This document shows positions 16,849 to 27,490 of a DNA stretch of 64,000 nucleotides, piece by piece; position 1 is the stretch's first letter, and the number at the start of each line of letters is the position of its first letter. Source of the stretch: Elusimicrobia bacterium UBA5214 (GTDB taxonomy: Bacteria > Elusimicrobiota > UBA5214). The notes beneath the pieces were generated by a model. The model saw only the letters and a list, made by a program, of their open reading frames with translations, ran no database searches and was not told the origin of the DNA. The stretch is from assembly GCA_002412545.1 (NCBI GenBank), contig DHVG01000001.1, forward strand, positions 206,766-270,765, read 5' to 3'. The position numbers and the translations under genes were made by a program.

Positions 16849-17894
16849 TTTTCTTTTTTTCTCCCTAAATCTTTTGACGAAGTTGGTCTCTTTCGCAGTT
16901 TACGAAAATATTGATATAGTTCAGGTAAGCGGTCAATCAATGCTTGAATTCTTAACATTTTACGGTGTTCTCTTGCTGGATAACCGGAAACTATTAATCC
17001 GTCAGCGATATTACCGATTACCCCTGCTTGGGCAGCTACTTTTACTCCTTGACCAATAGAGATGTGGTCAGCTACACCTGCCTGCCCGCCAAAAAATACA
17101 TTATTTCCAATTTTTGTTGAACCAGCAATACCAACCTGCCCGGCAAGAACACAATTTTCGCCAATTTCTACATTATGTCCGATTTGTACTAAATTATCAA
17201 TTTTTGTCCCTGAACCAATTTTTGTTTTACCAACTGTAGCACGGTCAATAGTACAGTTTGCACCGATTTCTACACTGTTGCCAATTTCTACTCTACCAAT
17301 TTGTGGTATTTTTTCCTGTTTACCTTCAACACTTAAGAAACCAAACCCATCGCTACCAATGACTGTACCGGAATGAATAATTACATTATCACCGATATCC
17401 GTTTTTTCCCGGATACACACTCGTGAGTAAATTAGACAATTTTTACCAATTTTTGTTTCTTTACCGATATAACAAAGTGGATAGACAATTGTTCCTTTAC
17501 CAATTTCTGTGTTATCTTCAATAACCGTATAAGCGCCAAGCGTAACTTCTTTGTCTAATTTTACATTTTTGCCAATTAATGCTGTGGGATGAATACCTTG
17601 GGGATGAATAACCAAAGCGGATTCTTCATTAACTAAATTTAAAACTTTGACAAAAGCAAGATAAGGATTTTTAACTTTGATTAAATTTTTTTCTGGGAGG
17701 ACGATATTTTCAGAAACAATTACTGCCCCGGCTTTTGTCTTCTTTAATTGGGGTAAATACTTGATATCCGAAAGAAAGGAAATTTCTTCTTTTCTTGCCT
17801 CGGACAATCCAGATACACCCTTAATAAGAATATTCTCATTACCTTCTATTTTTCCTTGAACAAGTTTTGCTATTTCTTTTAATTTTAATTCCAT
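16845..17894 (-). CDS. lpxD: UDP-3-O-acylglucosamine N-acyltransferase LpxD
   Basis: N-terminal LpxD-like domain followed by extended hexapeptide-repeat beta-helix. Overlaps lpxC-fabZ. Confidence 0.85.
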   Translation of the reverse strand: MELKLKEIAKLVQGKIEGNENILIKGVSGLSEARKEEISFLSDIKYLPQLKKTKAGAVIVSENIVLPEKNLIKVKNPYLAFVKVLNLVNEESALVIHPQGIHPTALIGKNVKLDKEVTLGAYTVIEDNTEIGKGTIVYPLCYIGKETKIGKNCLIYSRVCIREKTDIGDNVIIHSGTVIGSDGFGFLSVEGKQEKIPQIGRVEIGNSVEIGANCTIDRATVGKTKIGSGTKIDNLVQIGHNVEIGENCVLAGQVGIAGSTKIGNNVFFGGQAGVADHISIGQGVKVAAQAGVIGNIADGLIVSGYPAREHRKMLRIQALIDRLPELYQYFRKLRKRPTSSKDLGRKKEK

Positions 17895-17895
17895 A

Positions 17896-20148
17896 TTAGA
17901 ATATGTTTCCCATACTGAAATAAAATTGCCATTCCTTTTTTTCTTTATTCAAAGGATAACCCCAATCAAATCTTAGAGGAAAAACTGGACTTATCATTCT
18001 TATTCCAAAACCAATACCTGATTTCATCCAATTCTCGGGTGTGCCAATATGGAAATTTATATCATTTCTTTCTGCCCAAGTACCTCCGAGGTCATAAAAA
18101 ATTGCTCCTTGCACTACGGTTCTTCCTCTTTCCATTGAAATTGGGAAACGATATTCGGCATTAAACACGGCCATATATTTTCCCCCTTCTTTAGCTCCAA
18201 TTTCACCACCGTAAGCATATGCTCTCACCGTGTCCGCACCGCCAATAAAAAATCGTTCATATACCGGGACATCAGTTGAATTTATCCCTTCTACAAAAGC
18301 AACACGGGCGTTTAGAGCTAAAACAAATTTCCAAAATGTCGGCAAGAACCAGCTGGAAGAAAGAGTTGGCTTATAAAAATTTACATTCCCACCGAGTAAA
18401 CTACCTGCTAACTGTATGGAGAAAGTATCCTTTGTCCCGTGTGCCGGGTCAAAAATATTATCCCGGCTATCATAATTTATACTGCTTGTAAGACTGGAAG
18501 TTACTTTCGTTTCTTCTTTGATTCCCGTAGGATTAGTTGGATATTTATATTCTTCTTTAATGTTGAAAATACCTATTTTTTCGTAAGCATAAGCAAAATT
18601 TAAACCTAAATAATCGGAGAGACGCGGACCCAATCTTAAACCGCCACCTTCACGCTTTTCTTCGTATGCTGATTCTTCAGTTCTATATTGTTTGGTGGTT
18701 AGAGTATTAAAAACATCTACTCCCAAAGACATTGGTTTTTGTAAAAACCAAGGGTCAGTGAAACTAACATCGTAATTTTGTTTCCGGGCACCAAATTCCC
18801 AGAGTAAATTTAACTGGTATGCCCGACCGAATAGATTCTTGTGTTGTACCTGTAAAGTACCAACTAAACGGTCAGTTGAAGAATAACCCGCACCGGCAGA
18901 AAGCATACCTGGTTTACCCTCACTAATCGTAAAAACTAAGTCCGCCAGATTGGGGCTTTTCACTTGTTGTACATCAACTTTGACATCATCAAGAAAACCT
19001 AAGTTATAAAGTCGTTCCAAACTGCGACGTACTTTATTCGCCAAAAGCGGTACACCTTCTTGGACTAATAATTCTCGCCGGAAAACATATTCTTTAGTGG
19101 AAGTATTACCTTCAATGTAAATACGTTCTATGTTTACTACTTCACCTTCATTGATTTGGAATTTTATTTTCAAGTTACCTTTTTCGCTGTCTTCAATCAT
19201 TTCCGGTTCAATAGATGCATGCAAGTAACCTTTATCGCCATAGAGAGTTTGTAAATTGATTAAGGTTTCTTCATATTTTGCCTGTTCAAAATTTTTGCCC
19301 TTTTTTAAAGTAACTACTTTTTCTAATTCCTTTTCACTTAAGATTTTATTTCCCATAAATTCAAATTCTTGCACTTTAAATTTTGTTCCTTCATTTATTT
19401 GTAGAGTAATTTGCATTTCGGTGCGTGCGGGATTAAAAGTTATCATTGGTGCTTCGAGTTTCATCTTTAAATATCCGTGGTTTTTGTAAAAGGATTCTAT
19501 TTCCTTCAAGTCGTTATCTAAATCTTCTTTCTGGTATACTTTTTTTGTTTTTGTCTTCATCAATTTGAATATTTTTTTTGGTGGGAAAGATTTTACTCCT
19601 TCAAATTTTATCTCCTGAATAACAATTTGATTCCCTTCGGTAATAAAAATATTAACCGTAACTTTATTTTCTATTTCAGCAGTTTCATAACCTTCTACCC
19701 GGCAATCAGCATAACCTTTATCTTTATATAAATCAACAATTTTAGCAATGTCTTCTTGCAATTTTTTCTGGTCAAAAAATTCCTTTTCTTTCAGAGAAAA
19801 TTCACCTTTCAATTTGCGGTCAGAAAAATGTTTGTTCCCCCGAAAGACGATTTTTTTAATTTGTGGTTTTTCTTTAACATTGAAAATAAGTTTTACTCCT
19901 TTTTCTACTTCTACGGTTTCGGCATTAACTTCAAGAAAAAAACCAAGGGAAACAATATTTTCAATATCTTCTTTTAGTGCTTGTTCAGTTAAAAGGTCTC
20001 CTTTACTGAGTTTAATTTTTTCTCGGATTTCATTTTTTGAGACATAACGATTTCCTTGTATTTCAATACTTCTAATCTTTTTCAATTCCGCAAAGAGAGT
20101 AGTGGTAAAAAAAGTGGTCAAAAAAAAGAAAAAAAACATTCTTTTCAT
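17896..20148 (-). CDS. bamA: Outer membrane protein assembly factor BamA (Omp85 with POTRA repeats)
   Basis: Signal peptide, multiple POTRA-like repeats, and a C-terminal Omp85 barrel ending ...FYFSMGNIF. Confidence 0.85.
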   Translation of the reverse strand: MKRMFFFFFLTTFFTTTLFAELKKIRSIEIQGNRYVSKNEIREKIKLSKGDLLTEQALKEDIENIVSLGFFLEVNAETVEVEKGVKLIFNVKEKPQIKKIVFRGNKHFSDRKLKGEFSLKEKEFFDQKKLQEDIAKIVDLYKDKGYADCRVEGYETAEIENKVTVNIFITEGNQIVIQEIKFEGVKSFPPKKIFKLMKTKTKKVYQKEDLDNDLKEIESFYKNHGYLKMKLEAPMITFNPARTEMQITLQINEGTKFKVQEFEFMGNKILSEKELEKVVTLKKGKNFEQAKYEETLINLQTLYGDKGYLHASIEPEMIEDSEKGNLKIKFQINEGEVVNIERIYIEGNTSTKEYVFRRELLVQEGVPLLANKVRRSLERLYNLGFLDDVKVDVQQVKSPNLADLVFTISEGKPGMLSAGAGYSSTDRLVGTLQVQHKNLFGRAYQLNLLWEFGARKQNYDVSFTDPWFLQKPMSLGVDVFNTLTTKQYRTEESAYEEKREGGGLRLGPRLSDYLGLNFAYAYEKIGIFNIKEEYKYPTNPTGIKEETKVTSSLTSSINYDSRDNIFDPAHGTKDTFSIQLAGSLLGGNVNFYKPTLSSSWFLPTFWKFVLALNARVAFVEGINSTDVPVYERFFIGGADTVRAYAYGGEIGAKEGGKYMAVFNAEYRFPISMERGRTVVQGAIFYDLGGTWAERNDINFHIGTPENWMKSGIGFGIRMISPVFPLRFDWGYPLNKEKKEWQFYFSMGNIF

Positions 20149-20216
20149 ATTTTACTTTACTTTCCGTTGTATTTTAATAAAAATTTTGAAAAAACACAAC
20201 ATTGAAACAAATATTC

Positions 20217-23200
20217 TTATTCTTCCCAGCCGAAACGCCAGCGGGGTTCAAGATAAATTTTTCTTTCCGGTGCTGCACTACCCGAAGTAGTTTGTCCTTT
20301 TTCTAATTCGTAAGTTGCCCTCAGGAGCACATCCCCTTTCCAGTGGAAACGATAAGCGAGTTCAAGTTCATGTTTTAAATCAAGACGGTTGACCAAAGTA
20401 TCTAATTTTACGCTGTAACCCAAAAGGACATTTTGTAAGACATATTTCTCAAATGTAACTTTACTGCCCTTAACTAACTCACGCCAATCGGTTGGTAGAG
20501 GAATCTTCTCCGGTGTCATTTCTTTGCCAGTTTCTCGTTCCATTTTTACGGTATCTACCAAGCCAGTGTAACCAAGAATATTTTTTATTAACGGTGTAGT
20601 CAAACTTGTATCTAACCAACGCAATATTTCACGCCGGAAAAGAACCATTTGTTCTTCCTGAGTAAGCGCCGATGTATCTACATTAGCAAAAACATATTTT
20701 AATGCTTTCTCTTGGGTTAATAAAGGATAATTTTTAGAATAAAATTTAGGTTGGGCTTCAACTAATTTACTACGGTCAATGACCATTACTACAGTATCCG
20801 GTGACATTTGTTTACTCTCCGGGTCTAAGACTGAAGTTTTTGTTTCCGCTACCCCTTCAAGATAACAGATATTAGCAATTACTTCAAAAATTGCTTTTTT
20901 TATTTCAAAATTATGGTTCAAATAACTAAGATTGCCCCGTAGTGTTTCAATCTTTCCGTTAACTTTTATTTTGTCTTTATCGGTGGTCAATTTCAAGAAA
21001 CCATTGATATTTGTATCTACTAATTCGTTTTCATACCAGACATTATCTTTAGCTCTAATTTCCAAATTGAAATCAAGGAAGTTAAAGATTTTGTTCCAGG
21101 TTTCATCGGTTTCTTTATCTTTTGGGGGATAGGTAAAATGAGTATTGCTTAATTCAATAATACCATCTAATATTGGTTTGTGTTTTCCTTTGACCATACT
21201 GAGATTAACTTTTATTTCACCTTGGGATGGTGCATAAACTAAACGTTTAAAGACAGTAGAACGCGGAATGACTAAATTTTCCAAAACGATACTTATACCT
21301 TTGGCATTAGTTGATTTCAAAGAAAAAACATAATCTTTTATTTTGAAGTAAGGGAACTCATCCTGGGTAGAAAGAATTAACTCTACTTTTCCATCGGCTT
21401 CAATTTTTCCTTGTCCAATTTTAGCACTTGCCGAACGCAAGAAGATATCTTGTCCACTAAATTCCAATTCAGTATTTAATTCGCTAATTTTTTTTAATCC
21501 ATACTTGGTCTCAATCTCACCGTTAGAAATAGATAAATTACCCTCAATTTGAGGAGAATCGGTGTTTCCTTTGATTATTATTTTACCGTTAATCTTTCCT
21601 TTTGATTCACTAATTTGGGGAGTTATATTCTTTAAAAAGGAAAGGTTTCCTTCTTCTAATGAAAGAGTAAGAATAAATGATTTCAGTCCAAATTTATCTT
21701 TTCCGGTTAGGGGAAGTTCACCAAACCCGCTGAGTGAATATTCCCCGGGAGAATAAACCTTCAAATTGTCAAGAAAAAAAGTATTTTTTTCTAAACGGAA
21801 ACTGGTAGTAAAAGTAGTAAATGATAATTCATATATTTTACTTTTGTTTAAGTTAAATTCACCAGTGATTAAAGGTTGGTGATAAGAACCCTTAGCAAGT
21901 AATTTAAAATTTATTTCTCCTTGGCAAGGAATCTTCTGGTTGGTTAATTCAACTAAATCCGGGAGAGAGAACTTTTCACTATTTAGAGAAAAAGTGAAAT
22001 TGTTTTCTTCAAACATTCCTTGAGCAGTAAGAATTGTTTTTCCTGCTTGAGTTAAATTTAAACTTTTCAAATAAACTTTAGGATATTGGGTAAAATCAAT
22101 TTCACTAGTGAGATTTTGGAATTGTTTCTCAGCAGATAAAAAAGTCAATTTTCTATTTGTGTATTGAATGTAGAATTGCGCTGTTCGAAAATTATGTTGG
22201 TTAATCCAAAAATTATCAGTATTGACTTTTGCCTCAAGAATAAGTTCCTGAGCAGTTTTTATTTCACCATCTAAGTTTAATTTTCCAAATAGAATTAAAT
22301 TTGCCAAATGCAAATTGCGTATTTCGGTAAGAAGAATAAATTTATCTTTTTCAATATATGAACCATCAAGAAAATAAATTTCACTTTCTTTAATCTTAGT
22401 CTGAAACGAATCAAATAAAATTCGTTCTTTTTCGTTATGTAGTTTGAGTTTTGTTTTTTCCAAGATAAGATTTTTGGAGAGAAGAAGTTTCTCACTTTCA
22501 ATTAATCCAGTTAATTTCAGGTAATCACCTTTGAAAACTGAAAGAGGGTCATCTATGTTTAACTTACTTTTTATTTCACCAGAAAAAGGTTCTTGGAAAG
22601 AAAAAGATGTCTCTAACTTTAGAGGTGACCGAAATCCGTCATCTTGGATGGCAGAGCCTTTGAGTAAAAATTTTATCCCCTGCCAGTTTCCTTCTTGAAT
22701 TTTAAATTTACCTTCTAATTTAGGTTGGGACAGTTTACCGGTTAAACTAAAAAACGCATCAAATTTACCATCAGGAGAATATTTATTTTTTCCACCGGAA
22801 GTAATTATTTTTTCTAATCTTTTCAAATCAATAGGTTTAATTTCAAGTGTTCCTTTGATTTCTTCTTTCCCTTGTGGAGAAAAACTCACTTCACTTTCTA
22901 TTTGAGCAAAATCATCAATTGAAGAAAAAAAAGTTAGGTTCTTATTAGCATAATGAATTTTCCCTTGCGCCTTTTCTAAATTTATCTGATTGATTTGTAT
23001 TGGTGAAATTGAAAAATCAGCATCAAGTTCCCCGGAAGAGAATTTATGTGTACCGGTAATGTCTAAAATTCCGTTAAGAAGAGTATTTGACCAAGAAAAA
23101 TTTCTTGCTTCAGTATGAGAAACAAATTTAGAAATATTTAACTGCCGGTCAGTGCTGACTGACTGCCGGTCGGTGCTAACCGACTGCCAGTTAAGTTGGA

Positions 23201-24881
23201 ATGAAAGATTACCTTCTTTTTGTTTAATAAAACACTTATTGAAATTGAAATATTCTTTTGTGTAAATAAAAGAACTTTCTACCTCATCCCAAAATAATTT
23301 TTTCCAGTACCCTTGGTTAATTTTGACATTCGTACTTAGGGTAGGTTTTTCTTTTGTTCCATCATATTCCAAGAAAGCGTAAAATTTACCCTGCAGTTCT
23401 TCTTCGGAATAATCAAGAAAAGTTGAAACCAAATTGAGGTTACTGGAAAGGTTACCTTTAAATAAAGGTTTATTATTCTGAAAAATAAGAGTCCCTTGAA
23501 ATTCTGAAACACCACTTAAATGTTTTTTCCCCGGCACGACAACCGCAAGGAGTAGTTTCTCAATAGATATTTCTTCTGGTTTTCGTTTGGCATTTAATTG
23601 AAATTTATAAATTTGTTTTTTGTCTTTACTTCTAATTTGTAATTTGTCATTTCGGTAAATTATGTCCAGCTCAAACTTATCTAATTCAGGTAGATTTTTA
23701 TTAATTGTGAGATGCTCAATTCTAATTTTACTTTTAATTTGAGGCAGATTAAATCCTTGTCTAAAATCCAGAGAAAGGTTACCGTTTACCTTTCCTTCGT
23801 TAAGGTCAAAGGCTAAGGAGTCAATATTTAGTGTTTTTGACCCGTAATTGATTTCAAATGATAAATTGCTTAATTTTACTTTTTGCCAATTTGAGGGAAT
23901 CACCGCTAAAGAAGCACATTCCACTTTTCCGTTCAAGGAAGGACTTTCATAGGGAGGATATATTTCACCCTTCAGTTTTAAAAATGAATTACCATATTTT
24001 GCTTGACTAATGTTAAAAATACATTTTTCCTTATTAAAATTGATTTCCGCTGAAATCTCGTTCAAATTAAGAGGTAAATCAGTCAGTTCAATTTTAGTTT
24101 TTTCCAAAGAAACTTTTCCTCGGTAATCCCATTGTTTTGGATTTTGCCAATTATTACTCTGGACATCTACGGTAAAACTAACTGTTCCCTGGACCCGCCT
24201 GAGGCGGGTTGACCATTCAGAAAAAGTGAAAGGAAAACTTTTTCCCTCCATCTGGAAAAGAATGTTGTCTCTTTCGGTATAAACTCTACCGTTTAATTTC
24301 CATTCTTTGGAAGTGATTCCATCATTCCCCCAGAAATTAAAGATTATTTTCTTTTCACGGAATAAGAGAAAACCAGTAATATTAGTAATATTCAATCCGG
24401 GCAGTTTGTTGCTTACATCTTCGGTTTTTAAGAGAAAGTTTTTGAAGTGCACTTGGGGAATTGTGAAAATCGGAAGTAAATTCTTTTTTTCTATTGGTGT
24501 CTCACCAAATGAGAAACGGTTAGTAAGAAAGATTTCCCCTTGGTTAAAAGTAAGTTTTTTGATACTTTGGAATGGTTCTTTCCAGTGAACGAGCAGGTTA
24601 ATAATATTGAAACGGAAAGAGATGGTTCTACTTTTTAAAAGAAATCTCTCAGTAGATAACAAATCATAATAAATAGTTACATTATCCAAATAGAAATTGG
24701 TGAAAAAATTTGTCCGCAATTTAGTAAAATTAATCCTTCTTCCAGTACTTTTTTCAATTGATGAAATGAAGTTTTTTACTGGTGGGAATAGTTCAGGTGA
24801 GATACCAATATAAGAAAAATATAAGAAAATACTTCCCGCAAGGGAAAAAAGTAAAATAAAAATGATAGATTTTTTAGCCAA
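20217..24881 (-). CDS. tamB: TamB/AsmA-like giant periplasm-spanning protein (translocation and assembly module)
   Basis: 1554 aa with an N-terminal TM anchor, beta-rich repetitive body and a DUF490-like C-terminus. Adjacent to bamA. Contains an internal 21-nt tandem duplication (STDRQSV x2) at 23141-23190. Confidence 0.65.
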   Translation of the reverse strand: MAKKSIIFILLFSLAGSIFLYFSYIGISPELFPPVKNFISSIEKSTGRRINFTKLRTNFFTNFYLDNVTIYYDLLSTERFLLKSRTISFRFNIINLLVHWKEPFQSIKKLTFNQGEIFLTNRFSFGETPIEKKNLLPIFTIPQVHFKNFLLKTEDVSNKLPGLNITNITGFLLFREKKIIFNFWGNDGITSKEWKLNGRVYTERDNILFQMEGKSFPFTFSEWSTRLRRVQGTVSFTVDVQSNNWQNPKQWDYRGKVSLEKTKIELTDLPLNLNEISAEINFNKEKCIFNISQAKYGNSFLKLKGEIYPPYESPSLNGKVECASLAVIPSNWQKVKLSNLSFEINYGSKTLNIDSLAFDLNEGKVNGNLSLDFRQGFNLPQIKSKIRIEHLTINKNLPELDKFELDIIYRNDKLQIRSKDKKQIYKFQLNAKRKPEEISIEKLLLAVVVPGKKHLSGVSEFQGTLIFQNNKPLFKGNLSSNLNLVSTFLDYSEEELQGKFYAFLEYDGTKEKPTLSTNVKINQGYWKKLFWDEVESSFIYTKEYFNFNKCFIKQKEGNLSFQLNWQSVSTDRQSVSTDRQLNISKFVSHTEARNFSWSNTLLNGILDITGTHKFSSGELDADFSISPIQINQINLEKAQGKIHYANKNLTFFSSIDDFAQIESEVSFSPQGKEEIKGTLEIKPIDLKRLEKIITSGGKNKYSPDGKFDAFFSLTGKLSQPKLEGKFKIQEGNWQGIKFLLKGSAIQDDGFRSPLKLETSFSFQEPFSGEIKSKLNIDDPLSVFKGDYLKLTGLIESEKLLLSKNLILEKTKLKLHNEKERILFDSFQTKIKESEIYFLDGSYIEKDKFILLTEIRNLHLANLILFGKLNLDGEIKTAQELILEAKVNTDNFWINQHNFRTAQFYIQYTNRKLTFLSAEKQFQNLTSEIDFTQYPKVYLKSLNLTQAGKTILTAQGMFEENNFTFSLNSEKFSLPDLVELTNQKIPCQGEINFKLLAKGSYHQPLITGEFNLNKSKIYELSFTTFTTSFRLEKNTFFLDNLKVYSPGEYSLSGFGELPLTGKDKFGLKSFILTLSLEEGNLSFLKNITPQISESKGKINGKIIIKGNTDSPQIEGNLSISNGEIETKYGLKKISELNTELEFSGQDIFLRSASAKIGQGKIEADGKVELILSTQDEFPYFKIKDYVFSLKSTNAKGISIVLENLVIPRSTVFKRLVYAPSQGEIKVNLSMVKGKHKPILDGIIELSNTHFTYPPKDKETDETWNKIFNFLDFNLEIRAKDNVWYENELVDTNINGFLKLTTDKDKIKVNGKIETLRGNLSYLNHNFEIKKAIFEVIANICYLEGVAETKTSVLDPESKQMSPDTVVMVIDRSKLVEAQPKFYSKNYPLLTQEKALKYVFANVDTSALTQEEQMVLFRREILRWLDTSLTTPLIKNILGYTGLVDTVKMERETGKEMTPEKIPLPTDWRELVKGSKVTFEKYVLQNVLLGYSVKLDTLVNRLDLKHELELAYRFHWKGDVLLRATYELEKGQTTSGSAAPERKIYLEPRWRFGWEE

Positions 24882-24949
24882 TTTTTGACCAACTTCACCC
24901 CGTTAGAAAATCCGCCATAAATATCAGGAAGGGTTTATGGGGTAGACCC

Positions 24950-24996
24950 CGTAGATTGAAAATCCTCGTAAAGAGGCGTGGCCTCCACGAGGCTTT
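24950..24996 (-). terminator. Imperfect GC-rich hairpin immediately downstream of the clpC stop (CGTAAAGAGGCGTGGCCTCCACGAGGCTTTACG)
   Basis: 7-bp plus 4-bp stems with an internal bulge, seen in the sequence. Position fits an operon terminator, but the U-tract is weak. Confidence 0.3.
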
Positions 24997-25002
24997 ACGG
25001 CT

Positions 25003-27474
25003 TTACGGGGTAGATGAAACTTCTTTAAGGGGTTTACCAGCAAAAGTTAACTTTTTTTCTTCCGGATTGAATTCTGCATATATTTTAGAAGGGGAGGCGA
25101 ATTTTTTTGCTAAGATTTCTTCCGCTAAAGGGTCAGAAAGAAGACGCTGAATTGTTCTTTGTAAAGGTCGTGCGCCATAATGAGGGTCAAATCCTTTTTC
25201 TAAAAGGAAATCTTTCGCTGGTTCACTTAATTCAATTTCATATCCCTGTTCAGCAAGTCTATTTTTAAAACGGTTCAGTAGTAACTCTAAAATTTTGCGC
25301 ATTTCTTCGCGGGAGAGCGGATGGAACACAACAATCTCATCAATCCGGTTCAAAAATTCGGGATTAAAAGTTTTTTTCACTTCATCCATCACTGTTTCTT
25401 TCATCGTCTGATAATCGCGTAAACTATCTTCCTGAACCAAAAATCCAAGAGCTTTACCTTTGGAAATTAAGCGTGCTCCAACATTGGAGGTCATAATGAT
25501 TACCGTATTTTTAAAATTTACCTTATGTCCTAAACCATCAGTAAGAACACCGTTATCAAAAATTTGTAGAAGGATGTTAAATACTTCAGTATGTGCTTTC
25601 TCAATTTCATCAAGAAGAACTACGGAGTAAGGCTTACGTCTTACTGCTTCCGTAAGTTGTCCTCCTTCTTCATAGCCGACATACCCCGGTGGAGCACCGA
25701 TTAAACGAGAGACAGAAAATTTTTCCATATATTCGGACATATCCACTCTGACTAATGAATCTTCGTTCCCAAAAAGAAATTCAGCTAATGTCCGGGCAAG
25801 TTCAGTTTTACCTACACCAGTTGGTCCAAGAAAAATGAAACTACCTATTGGTCGTTTTAAATCTTTTAGACCAGTTCTACTGCGTCTAATCGCTTGAGAA
25901 ACAACTTTTATTGCTTCATCCTGTCCGATTACCCGTTTATGTAGTTCGTCCTCCATATGTAACAACTTTTCTGATTCTTTTTCGGTCAACCGTTGCACCG
26001 GTATACCGGTCCATTTGGAAACAATATTAGCAATATCTTCTTCAGTCACCGTAGGAATTAGATTATTTCTTTTTTCACGCCATTTTTTCTTTAACTCTTC
26101 TAAGTTTTTTCTTAATTCTTTTTCTTTATCTCTCAAACGTGCTGCTTTTTCATATTCTTGTTGAACAATTGCCGTTTCTTTTTCCTTCGTAACTTTGAGA
26201 ATTTCTAATTCTTTATCTTTAAACTGTGAAGGAAGAATTGTTGATTGCAGACGCGCTCGTGAACCTGCCTCATCAATTAAATCAATTGCCTTATCCGGTA
26301 GGTAACGGTCAGAAATATAACGGTCAGATAACTCAGCCGCAGTTTTTAATGCCTCTTCACTGAATTTTACCCGGTGGTGTGTTTCGTATTTTTCCTGTAT
26401 ACCTTGAAGGATATTTGTTGTTTCCTCAACGGTTGGCGGGTCAACATTAATCGGTTGGAAACGACGTTCTAAAGCGGCATCATGTTCAATGTGTCGGCGA
26501 TATTCATCTAAAGTTGTTGCACCAATACATTGTAATTCACCCCTTGCCAAAGCTGGTTTAAGCATATTTGAGGCATCAATTGCTCCCTCCGCAGCACCTG
26601 CACCAATTACCGTATGTAGTTCGTCAACAAAAAGGATGATTGTATTTTTGGCTCTTCTAATTTCGTCAATAATATTTTTTAGACGCTGTTCAAATTCACC
26701 ACGATATTTTGTTCCGGCAACTACGGCCGCCAAATCTAAAGTAACTACTCTCCTATTGAGTAGAATTTCCGGTGCTTCACCGTGAGCAATTTTCTGAGCT
26801 AAACCTTCCACGATTGCTGTTTTGCCAACTCCGGGGTCACCAATGAGAACTGGATTATTTTTTGTTCTCCGAGAAAGAATTTGAATTAAACGTTCAATTT
26901 CATTTTCTCGTCCAATGATTGGGTCAAGTTTACCTTCTTTAGCCATTTGGGTAAGGTCGCGACCGAAATCATCAAGAGTGGGTGTACGGGAACGCGTTTT
27001 TCCCGGTGCCACTGTTGGGGGTCCATAGGTCGGTTGCATTTCACCAAGTAGATTGATTACTTCCTCACGAACTGTTTCCAATCGCACCCCTAAATTTTCC
27101 AACACCCTTGCGGATACACCTTCTTCTTGACGGATTAGCCCAAGAAGGATATGTTCAGTACCGACATAGTTATGTCCAAGATTTTGTGCTTCTTCAACTG
27201 CAAATTCTAACACTTTTTTTGCTTGCGGTGTGAAAGGTATTTCGCCTAAAAGAAGAATATTATCACCGGTGCCAACAATTTTTTCTACTTCGGCACGCAG
27301 ACGGCGTAAATCAACCCCTAAATTCGCCAGGACTTGTGCCGCTACACCTTCACCTAAAGCGACTAATCCTAAAAGTAGATGCTCAGTACCGACATAATCA
27401 TGATTTAATCTTTTTGCTTCCTCTTGAGCAATAAGAATTACTCTTTGTGCACGTTCAGTAAAACGATTAGACAT
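25003..27474 (-). CDS. clpC: AAA+ chaperone ClpC (two Clp_N repeats, two nucleotide-binding domains, short UVR-containing middle domain)
   Basis: Clp_N repeats at the N-terminus, a Walker A (GDPGVGKT) in each NBD, and a short (about 60-aa) M-domain with UVR motif, which favours ClpC over ClpB. Confidence 0.85.
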   Translation of the reverse strand: MSNRFTERAQRVILIAQEEAKRLNHDYVGTEHLLLGLVALGEGVAAQVLANLGVDLRRLRAEVEKIVGTGDNILLLGEIPFTPQAKKVLEFAVEEAQNLGHNYVGTEHILLGLIRQEEGVSARVLENLGVRLETVREEVINLLGEMQPTYGPPTVAPGKTRSRTPTLDDFGRDLTQMAKEGKLDPIIGRENEIERLIQILSRRTKNNPVLIGDPGVGKTAIVEGLAQKIAHGEAPEILLNRRVVTLDLAAVVAGTKYRGEFEQRLKNIIDEIRRAKNTIILFVDELHTVIGAGAAEGAIDASNMLKPALARGELQCIGATTLDEYRRHIEHDAALERRFQPINVDPPTVEETTNILQGIQEKYETHHRVKFSEEALKTAAELSDRYISDRYLPDKAIDLIDEAGSRARLQSTILPSQFKDKELEILKVTKEKETAIVQQEYEKAARLRDKEKELRKNLEELKKKWREKRNNLIPTVTEEDIANIVSKWTGIPVQRLTEKESEKLLHMEDELHKRVIGQDEAIKVVSQAIRRSRTGLKDLKRPIGSFIFLGPTGVGKTELARTLAEFLFGNEDSLVRVDMSEYMEKFSVSRLIGAPPGYVGYEEGGQLTEAVRRKPYSVVLLDEIEKAHTEVFNILLQIFDNGVLTDGLGHKVNFKNTVIIMTSNVGARLISKGKALGFLVQEDSLRDYQTMKETVMDEVKKTFNPEFLNRIDEIVVFHPLSREEMRKILELLLNRFKNRLAEQGYEIELSEPAKDFLLEKGFDPHYGARPLQRTIQRLLSDPLAEEILAKKFASPSKIYAEFNPEEKKLTFAGKPLKEVSSTP

Positions 27475-27490
27475 TTTTGATTTACCCCCA

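Noticed and set aside
17062-17376. 104-aa plus-strand ORF antisense to lpxD (and the similar antisense ORFs at 342..614, 636..908, 3384..3943, 6856..7191, 19256..20047, 31231..31896, 38541..39233, 39822..40220, 51864..52409, 62799..63398)
   Set aside because: All lie fully inside stronger opposite-strand genes with clear homology. None has recognisable motifs. They are treated as non-coding.
16845-17894. Nucleotide-level periodicity in lpxA and lpxD as a DNA repeat element
   Set aside because: It reflects the protein-level hexapeptide (left-handed beta-helix) repeats. The DNA copies are degenerate, so it is not a mobile or satellite repeat.
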